48,547 nucleotides of DNA from NCBI GenBank assembly GCA_046759165.1, contig JBHIBS010000012.1:1-48547 (forward strand), read 5' to 3'. The translations under genes and the position numbers were made by a program. Positions 38,435 through 47,111 of this stretch are shown in pieces. The DNA comes from a bacterium (lineage in GTDB: Bacteria > UBA6262 > WVXT01). The notes beneath the pieces were generated by a model. It was not told the origin of the DNA. It was given only the letters and a program-made list of their open reading frames with translations, and did no database searches. Position 1 is the stretch's first letter; each line of letters opens with the position of its first letter.

Positions 38435-38454
38435 TGGTCACAATTTGGTCACAA
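38435..38454 (+). repeat. Direct repeat resembling integrase arm-binding sites
   Basis: TGGTCACAA twice with 11-nt period. Confidence 0.5.
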
Positions 38455-38482
38455 ACACGAAGCGGGAACATAAAGGGGAAAT

Positions 38483-39052
38483 ATGCAGATAGACTGGGGA
38501 AAAACTTCCGAACTTATTCAGAGACAAATAGAAAAAGATGAAGATTTTTTGTCGGAATCAGGTAAAGATATCCTTGATAGACTTTCAACTAATCTTTCCC
38601 ACCAAAGGAGCATGATAACCCATATTGCTATAGTAGGGGGTGCTTTAGCAAGTTTCTCTTTGTTAATACTCAATAGTTCTTGGGTCTACTGTAAAACATT
38701 CCTTATTCTGGCTATAGTAATCCTACTGGGCGTGATTGGATGGTCTTTTTATTCCTTGAATACTATTCTTGACTATGAAAATAGGGAATTGACTAAATTA
38801 TCGAATCAGTATCCCGATATGATTTCTAAAAGGATTAAGGCCAGAATACAAGTGCTGGAAGATAAGAATGTAAAAAAATATGTTGAAGCTCTGGAAAAAA
38901 TAAACATGGAACTTATTTCGATACGCAAGGAAGAAGCAGAATCCGAGAAAAAATGGAAATTTAAGTTCGATTGGGACAGAAGTAAGAAAATTTTGATATA
39001 CGCCTTTCTCTTTGCGTTGTTTTTTATTGGATTATCTTTTATAAGGTTATGA
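38483..39052 (+). CDS. Hypothetical membrane protein (about 3 TM segments)
   Basis: 189-aa ORF with AAGGGG RBS and hydrophobic segments. Confidence 0.75.
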   Translation: MQIDWGKTSELIQRQIEKDEDFLSESGKDILDRLSTNLSHQRSMITHIAIVGGALASFSLLILNSSWVYCKTFLILAIVILLGVIGWSFYSLNTILDYENRELTKLSNQYPDMISKRIKARIQVLEDKNVKKYVEALEKINMELISIRKEEAESEKKWKFKFDWDRSKKILIYAFLFALFFIGLSFIRL

Positions 39053-39157
39053 ATAATTAGTATGCGTGAATGAGATAATCACAGGTATTATTTATCTCTC
39101 GAGCAAGGTAGCGGAGCGGTCGATATTCTATTTGCTCTCAAATAGACAGGGGAAAAT

Positions 39158-39418
39158 ATGGGACAAAATCAGAATGAGGAATTACCTAAGGCAGAAAGAG
39201 ATTTTCTTGAAGCGAGTGAAGAGGCCAACAAATTTACTGGAGGTATAAAAAACGGTTCATATCGAATCCCAGAAATAACTACACTTAAAAAATTGTGTGA
39301 GGTAGAGAATAGAAGGAAAGAAACGGGTAGGAAATATTACAGATTACTATTTAAGAAAGAAGGCTGCGACGATAGTCTGATAGATGAATGGTTGAAGAAG
39401 TCGGGTTTTGAAGATTAG
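39158..39418 (+). CDS. Hypothetical protein
   Basis: 86-aa ORF with AGGGG RBS; hydrophilic, protein-like composition. Confidence 0.55.
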   Translation: MGQNQNEELPKAERDFLEASEEANKFTGGIKNGSYRIPEITTLKKLCEVENRRKETGRKYYRLLFKKEGCDDSLIDEWLKKSGFED

Positions 39419-39623
39419 TGTGCATATCTACCATGATGAACCCCTATGAGATGGGAAGAGATGAATGCAAAATAAGGGTCTTCGGTCTTAGAAGCCACTG
39501 CGTTACCCGTTACGTTTCAGGTAGACTTATAATTCTCCTTATTTAGAAATGGTTTTATAAGAATAGAGCTTATAAGTTATTTGGAAATGCTTCTCTGTGA
39601 ATACTTTGTGACTAGAAGACCCC

Positions 39624-39712
39624 TGTCGCAAACGTGAAACTTTTACGACATTCAAATAAGAAGAAATATTTAGCGACGAGAGCAGGAAAAAGGTTTCTGA
39701 ACCCTTGCGACA
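39624..39712. promoter_or_regulatory. Inverted repeat resembling a recombinase/resolvase or repressor site
   Basis: TGTCGCAAA-N9-TTTACGACA plus a third half-site TTGCGACA (39705-12). Confidence 0.35.
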
Positions 39713-39727
39713 TTCAAGGAGGACCCT

Positions 39728-39856
39728 GTGAAGATTGTGCTTGATCCAAAACAACTGGAGACTCTTAAGGAGATGCTTGATAAAGTAGTGAGCGTGGGTG
39801 AGAAACTGGCTACTGAGTTGAAACGTGCGAATGACTTAAAAGAGAAAGAATCATAA
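39728..39856 (+). CDS. Small hypothetical protein, 42 aa (not in ORF track)
   Basis: AAGGAGG RBS then GTG; MKIVLDPKQLETLKEMLDKVVSVGEKLATELKRANDLKEKES. Confidence 0.55.
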   Translation: MKIVLDPKQLETLKEMLDKVVSVGEKLATELKRANDLKEKES

Positions 39857-39867
39857 AGCATGGAGGC

Positions 39868-40182
39868 ATGAGGATGGAGCTTTTCTTGAAACTCTCGGGG
39901 ATTTTATTAGGTGTCCTGGCCAGGACCTTAGTGCCATATTTGAGAAAGCTAAGGCAAGGAAAGGTTAAGGAATTCAAAAACGGATACTGGTTGTCAGCCC
40001 TGGCTTCGTTTATCTTAGGCTTAATTACTACGTTGTTGATTTTTCCAGAATTCGACATTGCTCAACCCGGGGTCGGTGTTGAGGCATGGATTAGACTATT
40101 CTGCCTTGCCTTCGGTTTTGGCTTTGGTTGGAATTCCTTGGTTTCAGAAGGGGCCAAATGGGGAGAAAGGGTCAAGAGGTAA
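39868..40182 (+). CDS. Small membrane protein (about 3 TM segments, holin-like topology)
   Basis: 104-aa ORF after GGAGG; three hydrophobic segments, basic loop and tail. Confidence 0.7.
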   Translation: MRMELFLKLSGILLGVLARTLVPYLRKLRQGKVKEFKNGYWLSALASFILGLITTLLIFPEFDIAQPGVGVEAWIRLFCLAFGFGFGWNSLVSEGAKWGERVKR

Positions 40183-40217
40183 GCAGATAATAGACGGAAG
40201 AGCCGATGAGATAAGAA

Positions 40218-40538
40218 GTGATTAAAGTAAAGAGATATTTAGCAATTTTCATAATGGCCCTTGTAGTGTTAGGAATAACTACAGGGGCTTTTTGCTATGA
40301 GGCTGAGGTAATAGATATTAGCGGGACTAAATATTTTCCTGCCGTAAAAGAGGCTCTGTCAAAAGCAGAGGAGTCAATATATCTAGTGATGTTTATAATA
40401 AAGTTGTCCCCATACGAAGAAAGGTCAAAAGCTAATCAGCTGGTCGATGAACTGATAAAGGCACAGATGAGAGTCGGAGCCCATAACATAAATGTAGGAA
40501 GGTGTTTTTTTTTCAGAGCTTTTGAAGAATTTTCTTGA
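40218..40538 (+). pseudogene. Truncated secreted phospholipase D-family protein
   Basis: Signal peptide, then YFPAVKEALSKAEESIYLVMF...LVDELIKA; ends before any HxK motif. Confidence 0.6.
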
Positions 40539-40591
40539 CAAGGAATTTATAGATATTTATAATTTCCATAAGAAACTGGTAGCTACTGGTA
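40535..40591 (+). promoter_or_regulatory. Consensus sigma70 promoter with a downstream direct repeat
   Basis: TTGACA-N17-TATAAT (40535-40563); ACTGGTA at 40575 and 40585. Confidence 0.8.
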
Positions 40592-40609
40592 AATCATTTA
40601 GAGGTTATT

Positions 40610-40819
40610 ATGCATTCCAAATTGCTCACAGTAGATGAACTCTCCGCATATTTGAAAATTCCTAAACCTACAGTCTATTATTTAGCCCAGACCGGGCGTA
40701 TACCTGCCTCTAAAGTTGGTAGACACTGGAGATTTGAGGAGAAAGAGATCAGGAAGTGGCTTAGAGAGCAACAGGTAGCGTATAGAAATAGAAATAGGGA
40801 AAAATTAGGAAGGAAATAA
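40610..40819 (+). CDS. Excisionase-family (HTH_17-like) DNA-binding protein
   Basis: LLTVDELSAYLKIPKPTVYYLAQTGRIPASKVGRHWRF. Confidence 0.9.
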   Translation: MHSKLLTVDELSAYLKIPKPTVYYLAQTGRIPASKVGRHWRFEEKEIRKWLREQQVAYRNRNREKLGRK

Positions 40820-40876
40820 CTTTTACTATCGGTCTTCCATCTGGAAAGAGGGAAGAGATAGAGAGGAGGTAAAGGT

Positions 40877-41965
40877 TTGATAAAATTATTGATAGTGGAA
40901 GATGAGCCTAATATGCGTGAGTTTTTGAAGGATTTCTTTGAAAGGCAGCAGTATGAGATTTGTACTGCCTCCAATGGAGAGGATGCTTTAAGTTTGATAA
41001 AGCATTGGAGGCCCCACCTGGCATTTTTAGATGTAGGCTTGCCAGGTATGTCTGGAATAGATGTTCTGGCTCGTATGAAAGAGTTTGATAACACAATTAA
41101 GGTGATTATGGTTACTGCCATTGATGACAAGCAGAAAATTGAAGAGGCTACAAGGCTGGGAGCGAGTGATTATGTTATGAAGCCTTTTAGTTTTGAATAC
41201 CTGGAGAAGGTGGCATTGGGCAAGGTGCATACACAATTATTCGAAGATTTGCGGAAAGAGGTGAGAGAGAAGGAGCTCCTTTATAAGGAGTTAGAGAAAA
41301 AAGCAGATGAACTCCAGAAAGCGTATGGGAAACTGGCACAGACCGCTGTGCAAGCTCTCTATGCTCTTGCTAAGGCCTTAGAGGCGAGGGACCCTTACAC
41401 TCACGGCCACTCTGAATCGGTTACCCGATATGCTACCTGGATAGGAGATAAGCTGAAAGGCAAGCCCGGCTGGGAGAAGGTGACATTAGAGGCTGGGAGA
41501 GTTCTCGAAGATGGCGGTCTTTTGCATGATCTCGGCAAAATCGGAATTATTGATGGAATCTTGAATAAACCCAGTAAGCTTACTGAAGAGGAGTGGGCGA
41601 GCGTTAAAGAACATCCTGGGAAGGGAGCTCATATACTGGAAGGTGTCGAGGAGTTCAAGGAGTATGCTCTGATGGCCCGTCACCACCACGAAAGGTGGGA
41701 TGGGGAGGGCTATCCGGACGGCTTAAAAGGGAAAGAGATTCCTCCTGGTGCAAGAATCTTGGCAGTAGCTGATGCTTTTGATGCTATGACTTCTAACCGT
41801 CCCTACAGGAGAGCAATGCAGCCCATAGAGGCGGTAAAAGAATTAGTGAGATGCAAGAGGACACAATTCGATCCTGAAGCAGTAGATGCATTCATAATTG
41901 CTCTTAAAGACCAGGACATTTTGACTGAAAAGGATGTAAAGAAAATAAGAAAAGGACAAGAATAA
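40877..41965 (+). CDS. Response regulator, REC plus HD-GYP phosphodiesterase (RpfG-like)
   Basis: LIVEDE, FLDVGLPG, KPF; LLHDLGK, HHERWDGEGYPDG. Confidence 0.93.
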   Translation: MIKLLIVEDEPNMREFLKDFFERQQYEICTASNGEDALSLIKHWRPHLAFLDVGLPGMSGIDVLARMKEFDNTIKVIMVTAIDDKQKIEEATRLGASDYVMKPFSFEYLEKVALGKVHTQLFEDLRKEVREKELLYKELEKKADELQKAYGKLAQTAVQALYALAKALEARDPYTHGHSESVTRYATWIGDKLKGKPGWEKVTLEAGRVLEDGGLLHDLGKIGIIDGILNKPSKLTEEEWASVKEHPGKGAHILEGVEEFKEYALMARHHHERWDGEGYPDGLKGKEIPPGARILAVADAFDAMTSNRPYRRAMQPIEAVKELVRCKRTQFDPEAVDAFIIALKDQDILTEKDVKKIRKGQE

Positions 41966-41995
41966 AAACCGCAGCTATCTTGGATGGAGGGTTTA

Positions 41996-42709
41996 ATGGC
42001 AAATTTAGGAGTAAATATTGATCATGTGGCGACTCTCCGGCAGGCGAGATTTACTGCTTACCCTGACCCCATAGAAGCTGCAAAGATTTGTGAGAAGGCA
42101 GGAGCAGATGGAATCATTGTGCACTTGAGAGAAGACCGCAGGCATATCCAGGATAGAGATGTCTACTCTTTGAGGAAAATAGTCAAGACAAAATTGAATC
42201 TGGAAATGGCTGCAACCCGGCAGATGGTGGAGTTTGCTTTAAGAGTTGTGCCAGATGAGGTTTGTCTGGTTCCTGAGAAGAGGAGAGAGTTAACCACAGA
42301 GGGCGGGCTGGATATTTGGGGACAGAGGAGAAGATTGGCCTGGGTGGTTAAGAGGCTTAAAAAGAAGGGGATTTTGGTGAGTCTTTTTGTCGATCCCCAA
42401 GCCAGACAGATTAGAGCGGCTAAGGAAGTTGGTGCCAAATGTGTGGAACTCCATACGGGAGCCTACGCAGAGGCAAAAGTTAAAACGAGGAGGCTAAAGG
42501 AACTGAGGAAATTGAAACAGGCGGCTAAGTTGGCGGTGGAGTCGGGGTTACGCCTTAATGCTGGCCATGGACTCAATTACGATAATGTGAAACCTGTGGC
42601 AAAAATTCCTGCTCTGGAAGATTTGAATATTGGACACTCTATTATTTGCCGTTCTGTGTTTGTTGGTCTCGCTCAAGCTGTGAGGGAGATGAAAAGATTA
42701 ATTCAGTGA
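41996..42709 (+). CDS. pdxJ: Pyridoxine 5'-phosphate synthase
   Basis: [36 protein letters not shown]. Confidence 0.98.
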   Translation: MANLGVNIDHVATLRQARFTAYPDPIEAAKICEKAGADGIIVHLREDRRHIQDRDVYSLRKIVKTKLNLEMAATRQMVEFALRVVPDEVCLVPEKRRELTTEGGLDIWGQRRRLAWVVKRLKKKGILVSLFVDPQARQIRAAKEVGAKCVELHTGAYAEAKVKTRRLKELRKLKQAAKLAVESGLRLNAGHGLNYDNVKPVAKIPALEDLNIGHSIICRSVFVGLAQAVREMKRLIQ

Positions 42710-42733
42710 AAGAGAGATTGACAGAGGTGTCTT

Positions 42734-44578
42734 ATGTGCGGAATTGTGGGCTATGTTGGGAATAAGGATGTTGGTCCGATCTTAATTGATGGATTAAAGA
42801 GGCTGGAATATCGAGGCTATGACTCAGCAGGTATTGGTGTAATTGAGAATGGCAGGCTGGAACTGAGAAGATGTGTGGGCAAGATTTGTAATCTGGAAAA
42901 TGTATTGAAGGAGAATCCCACCAGGGGGAATATAGCCCTGGGGCACACGAGGTGGGCAACCCACGGCAGACCGTCTGAAGAGAATGCACATCCCCATACC
43001 GATTGCCAGGACAGATTGGTTGTGGTTCACAATGGAATTATTGAGAATTATCTCACATTGAAGAAAGGGTTGATAAAGGAGGGCCATAGATTTAAATCTG
43101 AAACAGATACTGAGGTTTTGGCCCATCTTGTAGAAAAGTATCTTGTCAAATCGAGAGGGAAAAGGAGCCTTCTTCTTGCACTCCAGAGGGCGCTTAAGGA
43201 GGTGGAGGGTTCCTATGCCTTAGGAGTTATCTCTGTTGATGACCCGGAGAAGATCGTTTGTGCCCGGAAGGATAGCCCCCTGGTTATTGGACTGGGGAGG
43301 AAAGAATATTTTATTGCTTCTGATGTTCCAGCGATCCTGGGACGTACGAGAAGAGTAATCTATCTCGACGACGATGAGACAGCTCAACTGAGTGCCAGTG
43401 GGGTGGCGGTCTACGATCAGTCGGGGAGGAGAATAGAAAAGAAGGTATTTCAGATAAGCTGGGATGCAATCATGGCCGAAAAGGGCGGTTATAAGCATTT
43501 TATGTTGAAGGAGATTCACGAACAGCCCAGGGCTATCCGCGACACATTTCGGGGAAGGATGGCGCCGGATAAAGGTGAGGTCTATCTGGAAGAAGTGGGA
43601 CTTTCGAAAGAAGAGATTAGAGGGATTGAGAAGGTATATATCGTTGCCTGTGGCACTTCATACCATTCTGCGCTCTATGGGGAATTCCTTCTTGAGGAAC
43701 TGGCGAGGCTTCCCTGTGAGGTCGACATCGGTTCCGAATTTCGTTATAGAAACCCTATCGTAAATGGCAAGACTCTTGTTCTTTTGATTTCCCAATCGGG
43801 AGAGACTGCCGACACGCTGGCGGGATTGAAGGAAGCAAAAGAGAAAGGAGGGAAGACTTTAACTATCTGCAATGTGCTTGGTTCTACAGCCACTCGGGAA
43901 GCAGATGGCGTGATATATACCAGGGCCGGGCCGGAAATTGGTGTGGCTTCCAGCAAAGCATTCACAGCCCAACTTACGGCTCTATGCCTTTTGGCAATCT
44001 ATTTCGGGAGAGTAAGGGGAACTTTGGGAAAAAAAGAAGCCAGGAATATATTGGTGCATCTCCTCCGCATTCCTCACCAGGTGGAAGAGGTCTTAGAAAA
44101 TCAAAAGGAGATTATAGCCTGTGCACAAAGTTACTTCAAGAAGATAGATTTTCTCTTTTTGGGACGCTACATAAACTATCCCGTCGCTCTGGAAGGCGCG
44201 CTGAAATTGAAAGAGATATCATATATTCATGCAGAGGGCTATCCTGCTGGCGAGATGAAGCACGGTCCGATTGCTCTAATCGATGAGAATATGCCTGTCT
44301 TAGCTATTGCCACCAATAGCAAAGTCTATGAAAAAATCCTGGCAAATATAGAAGAAGTGAAAGCCCGTGATGGGATTGTAATTGCCTTAGCTACCAAGCA
44401 CAATAAGGAGATTAAGAAGAAAGTCGACCAGGTGTTTTATCTATCCGAGACGATTGAGATACTATCTCCTATTGTCAATGTGGTCTTGCTCCAGCTCTTA
44501 GCTTACCACATTGCTGCCCTCAGAGGTTGCGATGTGGACCAACCGCGCAACCTTGCCAAGAGCGTTACCGTGGAGTAG
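42734..44578 (+). CDS. glmS: Glutamine-fructose-6-phosphate transaminase
   Basis: MCGIVG, GHTRWATHG, SQSGETADT, PRNLAKSVTVE. Confidence 0.99.
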   Translation: MCGIVGYVGNKDVGPILIDGLKRLEYRGYDSAGIGVIENGRLELRRCVGKICNLENVLKENPTRGNIALGHTRWATHGRPSEENAHPHTDCQDRLVVVHNGIIENYLTLKKGLIKEGHRFKSETDTEVLAHLVEKYLVKSRGKRSLLLALQRALKEVEGSYALGVISVDDPEKIVCARKDSPLVIGLGRKEYFIASDVPAILGRTRRVIYLDDDETAQLSASGVAVYDQSGRRIEKKVFQISWDAIMAEKGGYKHFMLKEIHEQPRAIRDTFRGRMAPDKGEVYLEEVGLSKEEIRGIEKVYIVACGTSYHSALYGEFLLEELARLPCEVDIGSEFRYRNPIVNGKTLVLLISQSGETADTLAGLKEAKEKGGKTLTICNVLGSTATREADGVIYTRAGPEIGVASSKAFTAQLTALCLLAIYFGRVRGTLGKKEARNILVHLLRIPHQVEEVLENQKEIIACAQSYFKKIDFLFLGRYINYPVALEGALKLKEISYIHAEGYPAGEMKHGPIALIDENMPVLAIATNSKVYEKILANIEEVKARDGIVIALATKHNKEIKKKVDQVFYLSETIEILSPIVNVVLLQLLAYHIAALRGCDVDQPRNLAKSVTVE

Positions 44579-44622
44579 TCTATGTTGGCATAAGTCGAGG
44601 AATCCGCATTTGGAAAAAGGTC

Positions 44623-44651
44623 TTGATTTTCCTGAGACTTTTTTGTATCAT
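44623..44651 (+). promoter_or_regulatory. Probable sigma70-type promoter
   Basis: TTGATT-N17-TATCAT, about 175 nt upstream of acpS. Confidence 0.5.
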
Positions 44652-44664
44652 AAGCTAAAATTTG

Positions 44665-44813
44665 AAGCGTCAGAGACTGAAATCCTCCCGAAAGGCTGGA
44701 GGGCGACCACCCCGTTTATGCGGGTAAATTGCAAGTTGCCCCTACGCGTCCCGAGTCCTTCCGAAAGGAAGGTTTCATAGACCGAATAAGCGTAAGAGCG
44801 ACTTTCTCTGCTT
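44665..44813 (+). ncRNA. Unassigned structured RNA or leader of acpS-nnr
   Basis: GC-rich; end pairing CAGAGA/TCTCTG, GGGCGAC/GTTGCCC, CCCGT-TTAT-GCGGG, CCTTCC-GAAA-GGAAGG, TACGC/GCGTA. Confidence 0.5.
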
Positions 44814-44824
44814 AAGGGGAAAAA

Positions 44825-45175
44825 ATGCCAATTTCTGGCACGGGCATAGATATAGTTGAAATCAGTAGAATTAAGAAGTTAATGGAAAAAGATAATCGGC
44901 TGAAGAATCGCGTATTTACTGGGAACGAGATCAAGTATTGTGAGAAGAAGAGGAAAAAGTATCACCACTATGCAGTTCGCTTTGCTGCTAAGGAGGCTGT
45001 TTGGAAGGCGCTCGGGAAAGGAGGTGTTGGTTTAAGAAATATAGAGATTAGAAATAGGTCGAACGGTCAACCCCAAGTCTATCTGAAAGGTAAGAGACTG
45101 GACTCCATAGAAGTTCTGGTTAGTCTAACCTACTCCCGTGACTATGCAGTTGCCCAGGCCATAGTAATTAAATAA
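44825..45175 (+). CDS. acpS: Holo-ACP synthase
   Basis: GTGIDIVEISRI, RFAAKEAVWKALG. Confidence 0.95.
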   Translation: MPISGTGIDIVEISRIKKLMEKDNRLKNRVFTGNEIKYCEKKRKKYHHYAVRFAAKEAVWKALGKGGVGLRNIEIRNRSNGQPQVYLKGKRLDSIEVLVSLTYSRDYAVAQAIVIK

Positions 45176-45184
45176 TAGAGTGAT

Positions 45185-46747
45185 ATGAAGATAGTTTCTT
45201 GTGAACAGATGAGAGAAATGGATAAGAGGGCGATTTCCAGAGGCACTCCTGGAATCGAATTGATGGAGCGGGCTGGAACTGGACTGGTTTCGGTTCTCAG
45301 GGAAGAAATTGCCGATATAGCCAAGAAAAAGTTCGTTGTTTTTGTGGGAAGTGGGAATAATGGGGGAGATGGGCTAGTAGTGGCGAGGAGATTGAAGGAG
45401 TTGGGGGCTCGGGTTAGAGTGGCTCTTCTTGCAGAAGAGGGGGAAATGAGGGAGGATACAAGAACCAATCTGACTCGGGCAAGGGGAGCGGAGATAGATA
45501 CCATCCCCCTTAAGGACCTTTCTACGGAGGGAATAAGAGAAGAGATTTCCAATAGCGATATAATAGTTGATGCCATTTTTGGTACAGGATTTTCAGGCAT
45601 TATAAGCGGGATACCAAGAGATACAATTGAAGCTATTAATAGTTCAAGGAAGTACGCGATTGCCTGTGACATCCCCTCAGGAGTAAATGGGGATACGGGA
45701 GAAGTTGGGGGCACCTGTGTGGCTTCTGATTTGACCGTTACTTTCGCTTATCCCAAGAGGGGACTTTTCCTCTATCCAGGCTACAGGTTTGCCGGAAGTA
45801 TCAGGGTTGTCGATATTGGAATAGAGGAGGAAGATTTACCTTCCAAATGGAGCATGCTTACCTCTTCCGAAATCAGGGAGATATTGCCAAAGAGGAGAAC
45901 GGATGCCCATAAGAAAGACTTCGGACACGTACTAATTCTGGCTGGCTCTTCTGGCATGACAGGAGCGGCAACTTTGACTTGTCAGGGAGCGTTAAGGGTT
46001 GGAGCTGGGCTGGTAACCTTGGGAATTCCTGAAAGCCTTAATACCATTATGGAAGTTAAAATTACTGAAGCTATGACATTTCCTCTACCCGAAACAGAGG
46101 AGAGGAGTTTGAGTTCAAAAGGAGTGGGTAAAATCTTAGATTTTATAGAAAGGAGGCGGGTGGACGTTATTGTTATTGGTCCCGGGCTATCGACCAATAG
46201 GGATACTGGAAAGCTGGTGAAGAAGATACTTTATGAAGCAGATTTGCCTTGTATCCTGGACGCAGACGGAATAAATTTGTTAGTAGAGGAGGCAAGTCTG
46301 GCTAAGGCAAGAGCTGAAATTATTATCACTCCCCACCCTGGAGAACTGGGGAGATTGTTGGGAAAGAAAGCAGAGGAAATACAGAGAGAGAGGATAAGAT
46401 ATGCTTTCGAATTCTCTAAGGAGAATAATTTGATATGTGTTCTGAAGGGGTACCAGACAGTAGTTGTAAAAGGAGAAGATATCTTTATTAATCCCCTTGG
46501 CAATCCAGGAATGGCCAGCGGAGGTAGTGGTGATGTTCTATCCGGGATGATTGGTGGTCTTGTGGGTCAACTTCGACTAACGAAGAGTGAAGATAAAGAT
46601 AGCTTGCTTTCTGCTGCAATCGCTGGAGTCTACCTACATAGTCTGGCAGGAGATATGGCCAGAGGTGATAAAGGAGAGATGGGCCTTATCGCCTCAGATA
46701 TAGTGGAGAAGATACCAGGGGCGGTAAGAGAAGTATTGGAAAATTGA
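45185..46747 (+). CDS. nnr: Bifunctional NAD(P)H-hydrate epimerase/dehydratase
   Basis: LMERAG, GSGNNGGDG, DIPSG, DADG, TPHPGE, GGSGDVLSG. Confidence 0.96.
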   Translation: MKIVSCEQMREMDKRAISRGTPGIELMERAGTGLVSVLREEIADIAKKKFVVFVGSGNNGGDGLVVARRLKELGARVRVALLAEEGEMREDTRTNLTRARGAEIDTIPLKDLSTEGIREEISNSDIIVDAIFGTGFSGIISGIPRDTIEAINSSRKYAIACDIPSGVNGDTGEVGGTCVASDLTVTFAYPKRGLFLYPGYRFAGSIRVVDIGIEEEDLPSKWSMLTSSEIREILPKRRTDAHKKDFGHVLILAGSSGMTGAATLTCQGALRVGAGLVTLGIPESLNTIMEVKITEAMTFPLPETEERSLSSKGVGKILDFIERRRVDVIVIGPGLSTNRDTGKLVKKILYEADLPCILDADGINLLVEEASLAKARAEIIITPHPGELGRLLGKKAEEIQRERIRYAFEFSKENNLICVLKGYQTVVVKGEDIFINPLGNPGMASGGSGDVLSGMIGGLVGQLRLTKSEDKDSLLSAAIAGVYLHSLAGDMARGDKGEMGLIASDIVEKIPGAVREVLEN

Positions 46748-46791
46748 AAGTTGCCAGAAGAGGCAACCATTTTTAGGAGGAGGTGAACGGA

Positions 46792-47052
46792 ATGGGTAGT
46801 ATTATTGGCGGATTAGTGGTTGCAGCCATTGGCGTGATCTGGTTTATCATCGGAAGGCTCTGGTCCGAATTGTGGGTGGTTGTGAAAGGAGTTCTTCCGG
46901 CCCTGTTAGTGGGAGGAGGAGTGATTGCCGTAGTTGCTGGTATTAGCAGCATAAAGGAAAAAATCCAAACTAAGAAGGAAGAAGCAGCGGCAAAGGCCTC
47001 TCAAGAGAAGAAAGAGGAAGAGAAGAAAAAAGAAGAAGAGAAGAAGGAATAA
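46792..47052 (+). CDS. Small two-TM protein with Lys/Glu-rich tail
   Basis: AGGAGG RBS, two hydrophobic helices, EKKEEEKKKEEEKKE tail, terminator follows. Confidence 0.8.
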   Translation: MGSIIGGLVVAAIGVIWFIIGRLWSELWVVVKGVLPALLVGGGVIAVVAGISSIKEKIQTKKEEAAAKASQEKKEEEKKKEEEKKE

Positions 47053-47068
47053 TTCAGACATAAAATAG

Positions 47069-47097
47069 AGGGGCTCTTCTTAAGGAGCCCCTTTTTT
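47069..47097 (+). terminator. Rho-independent terminator
   Basis: AGGGGCTCT-TCTTAA-GGAGCCCCT followed by a T run. Confidence 0.85.
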
Positions 47098-47111
47098 CTT
47101 TACAGACTTCG

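Larger units (their letters stand above)
38286..40534. mobile_element. Degenerate integrative element/genomic islet remnant (boundaries approximate)
   Basis: tRNA-like fragment, arm-type direct repeat, AT-rich orphan ORFs, res-like inverted repeat, truncated PLD gene; no integrase visible. Confidence 0.45.

Noticed and set aside
39066-39248. 60-aa ORF
   Set aside because: Overlaps 39158-39418, which has a better RBS and composition
42710-42733. glmS ribozyme upstream of glmS
   Set aside because: Only 24 nt between pdxJ and glmS and no ribozyme consensus
44511-44780. 89-aa ORF overlapping the glmS end
   Set aside because: Overlaps glmS, the promoter and the structured RNA; not protein-like
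44665-44813. c-di-AMP (ydaO) riboswitch or group I intron fragment
   Set aside because: Scattered short resemblances (CTGAAATC, CCCGAGTCC, TCAGAGACT), but the ydaO CAGCTAAC core and group I core helices are missing
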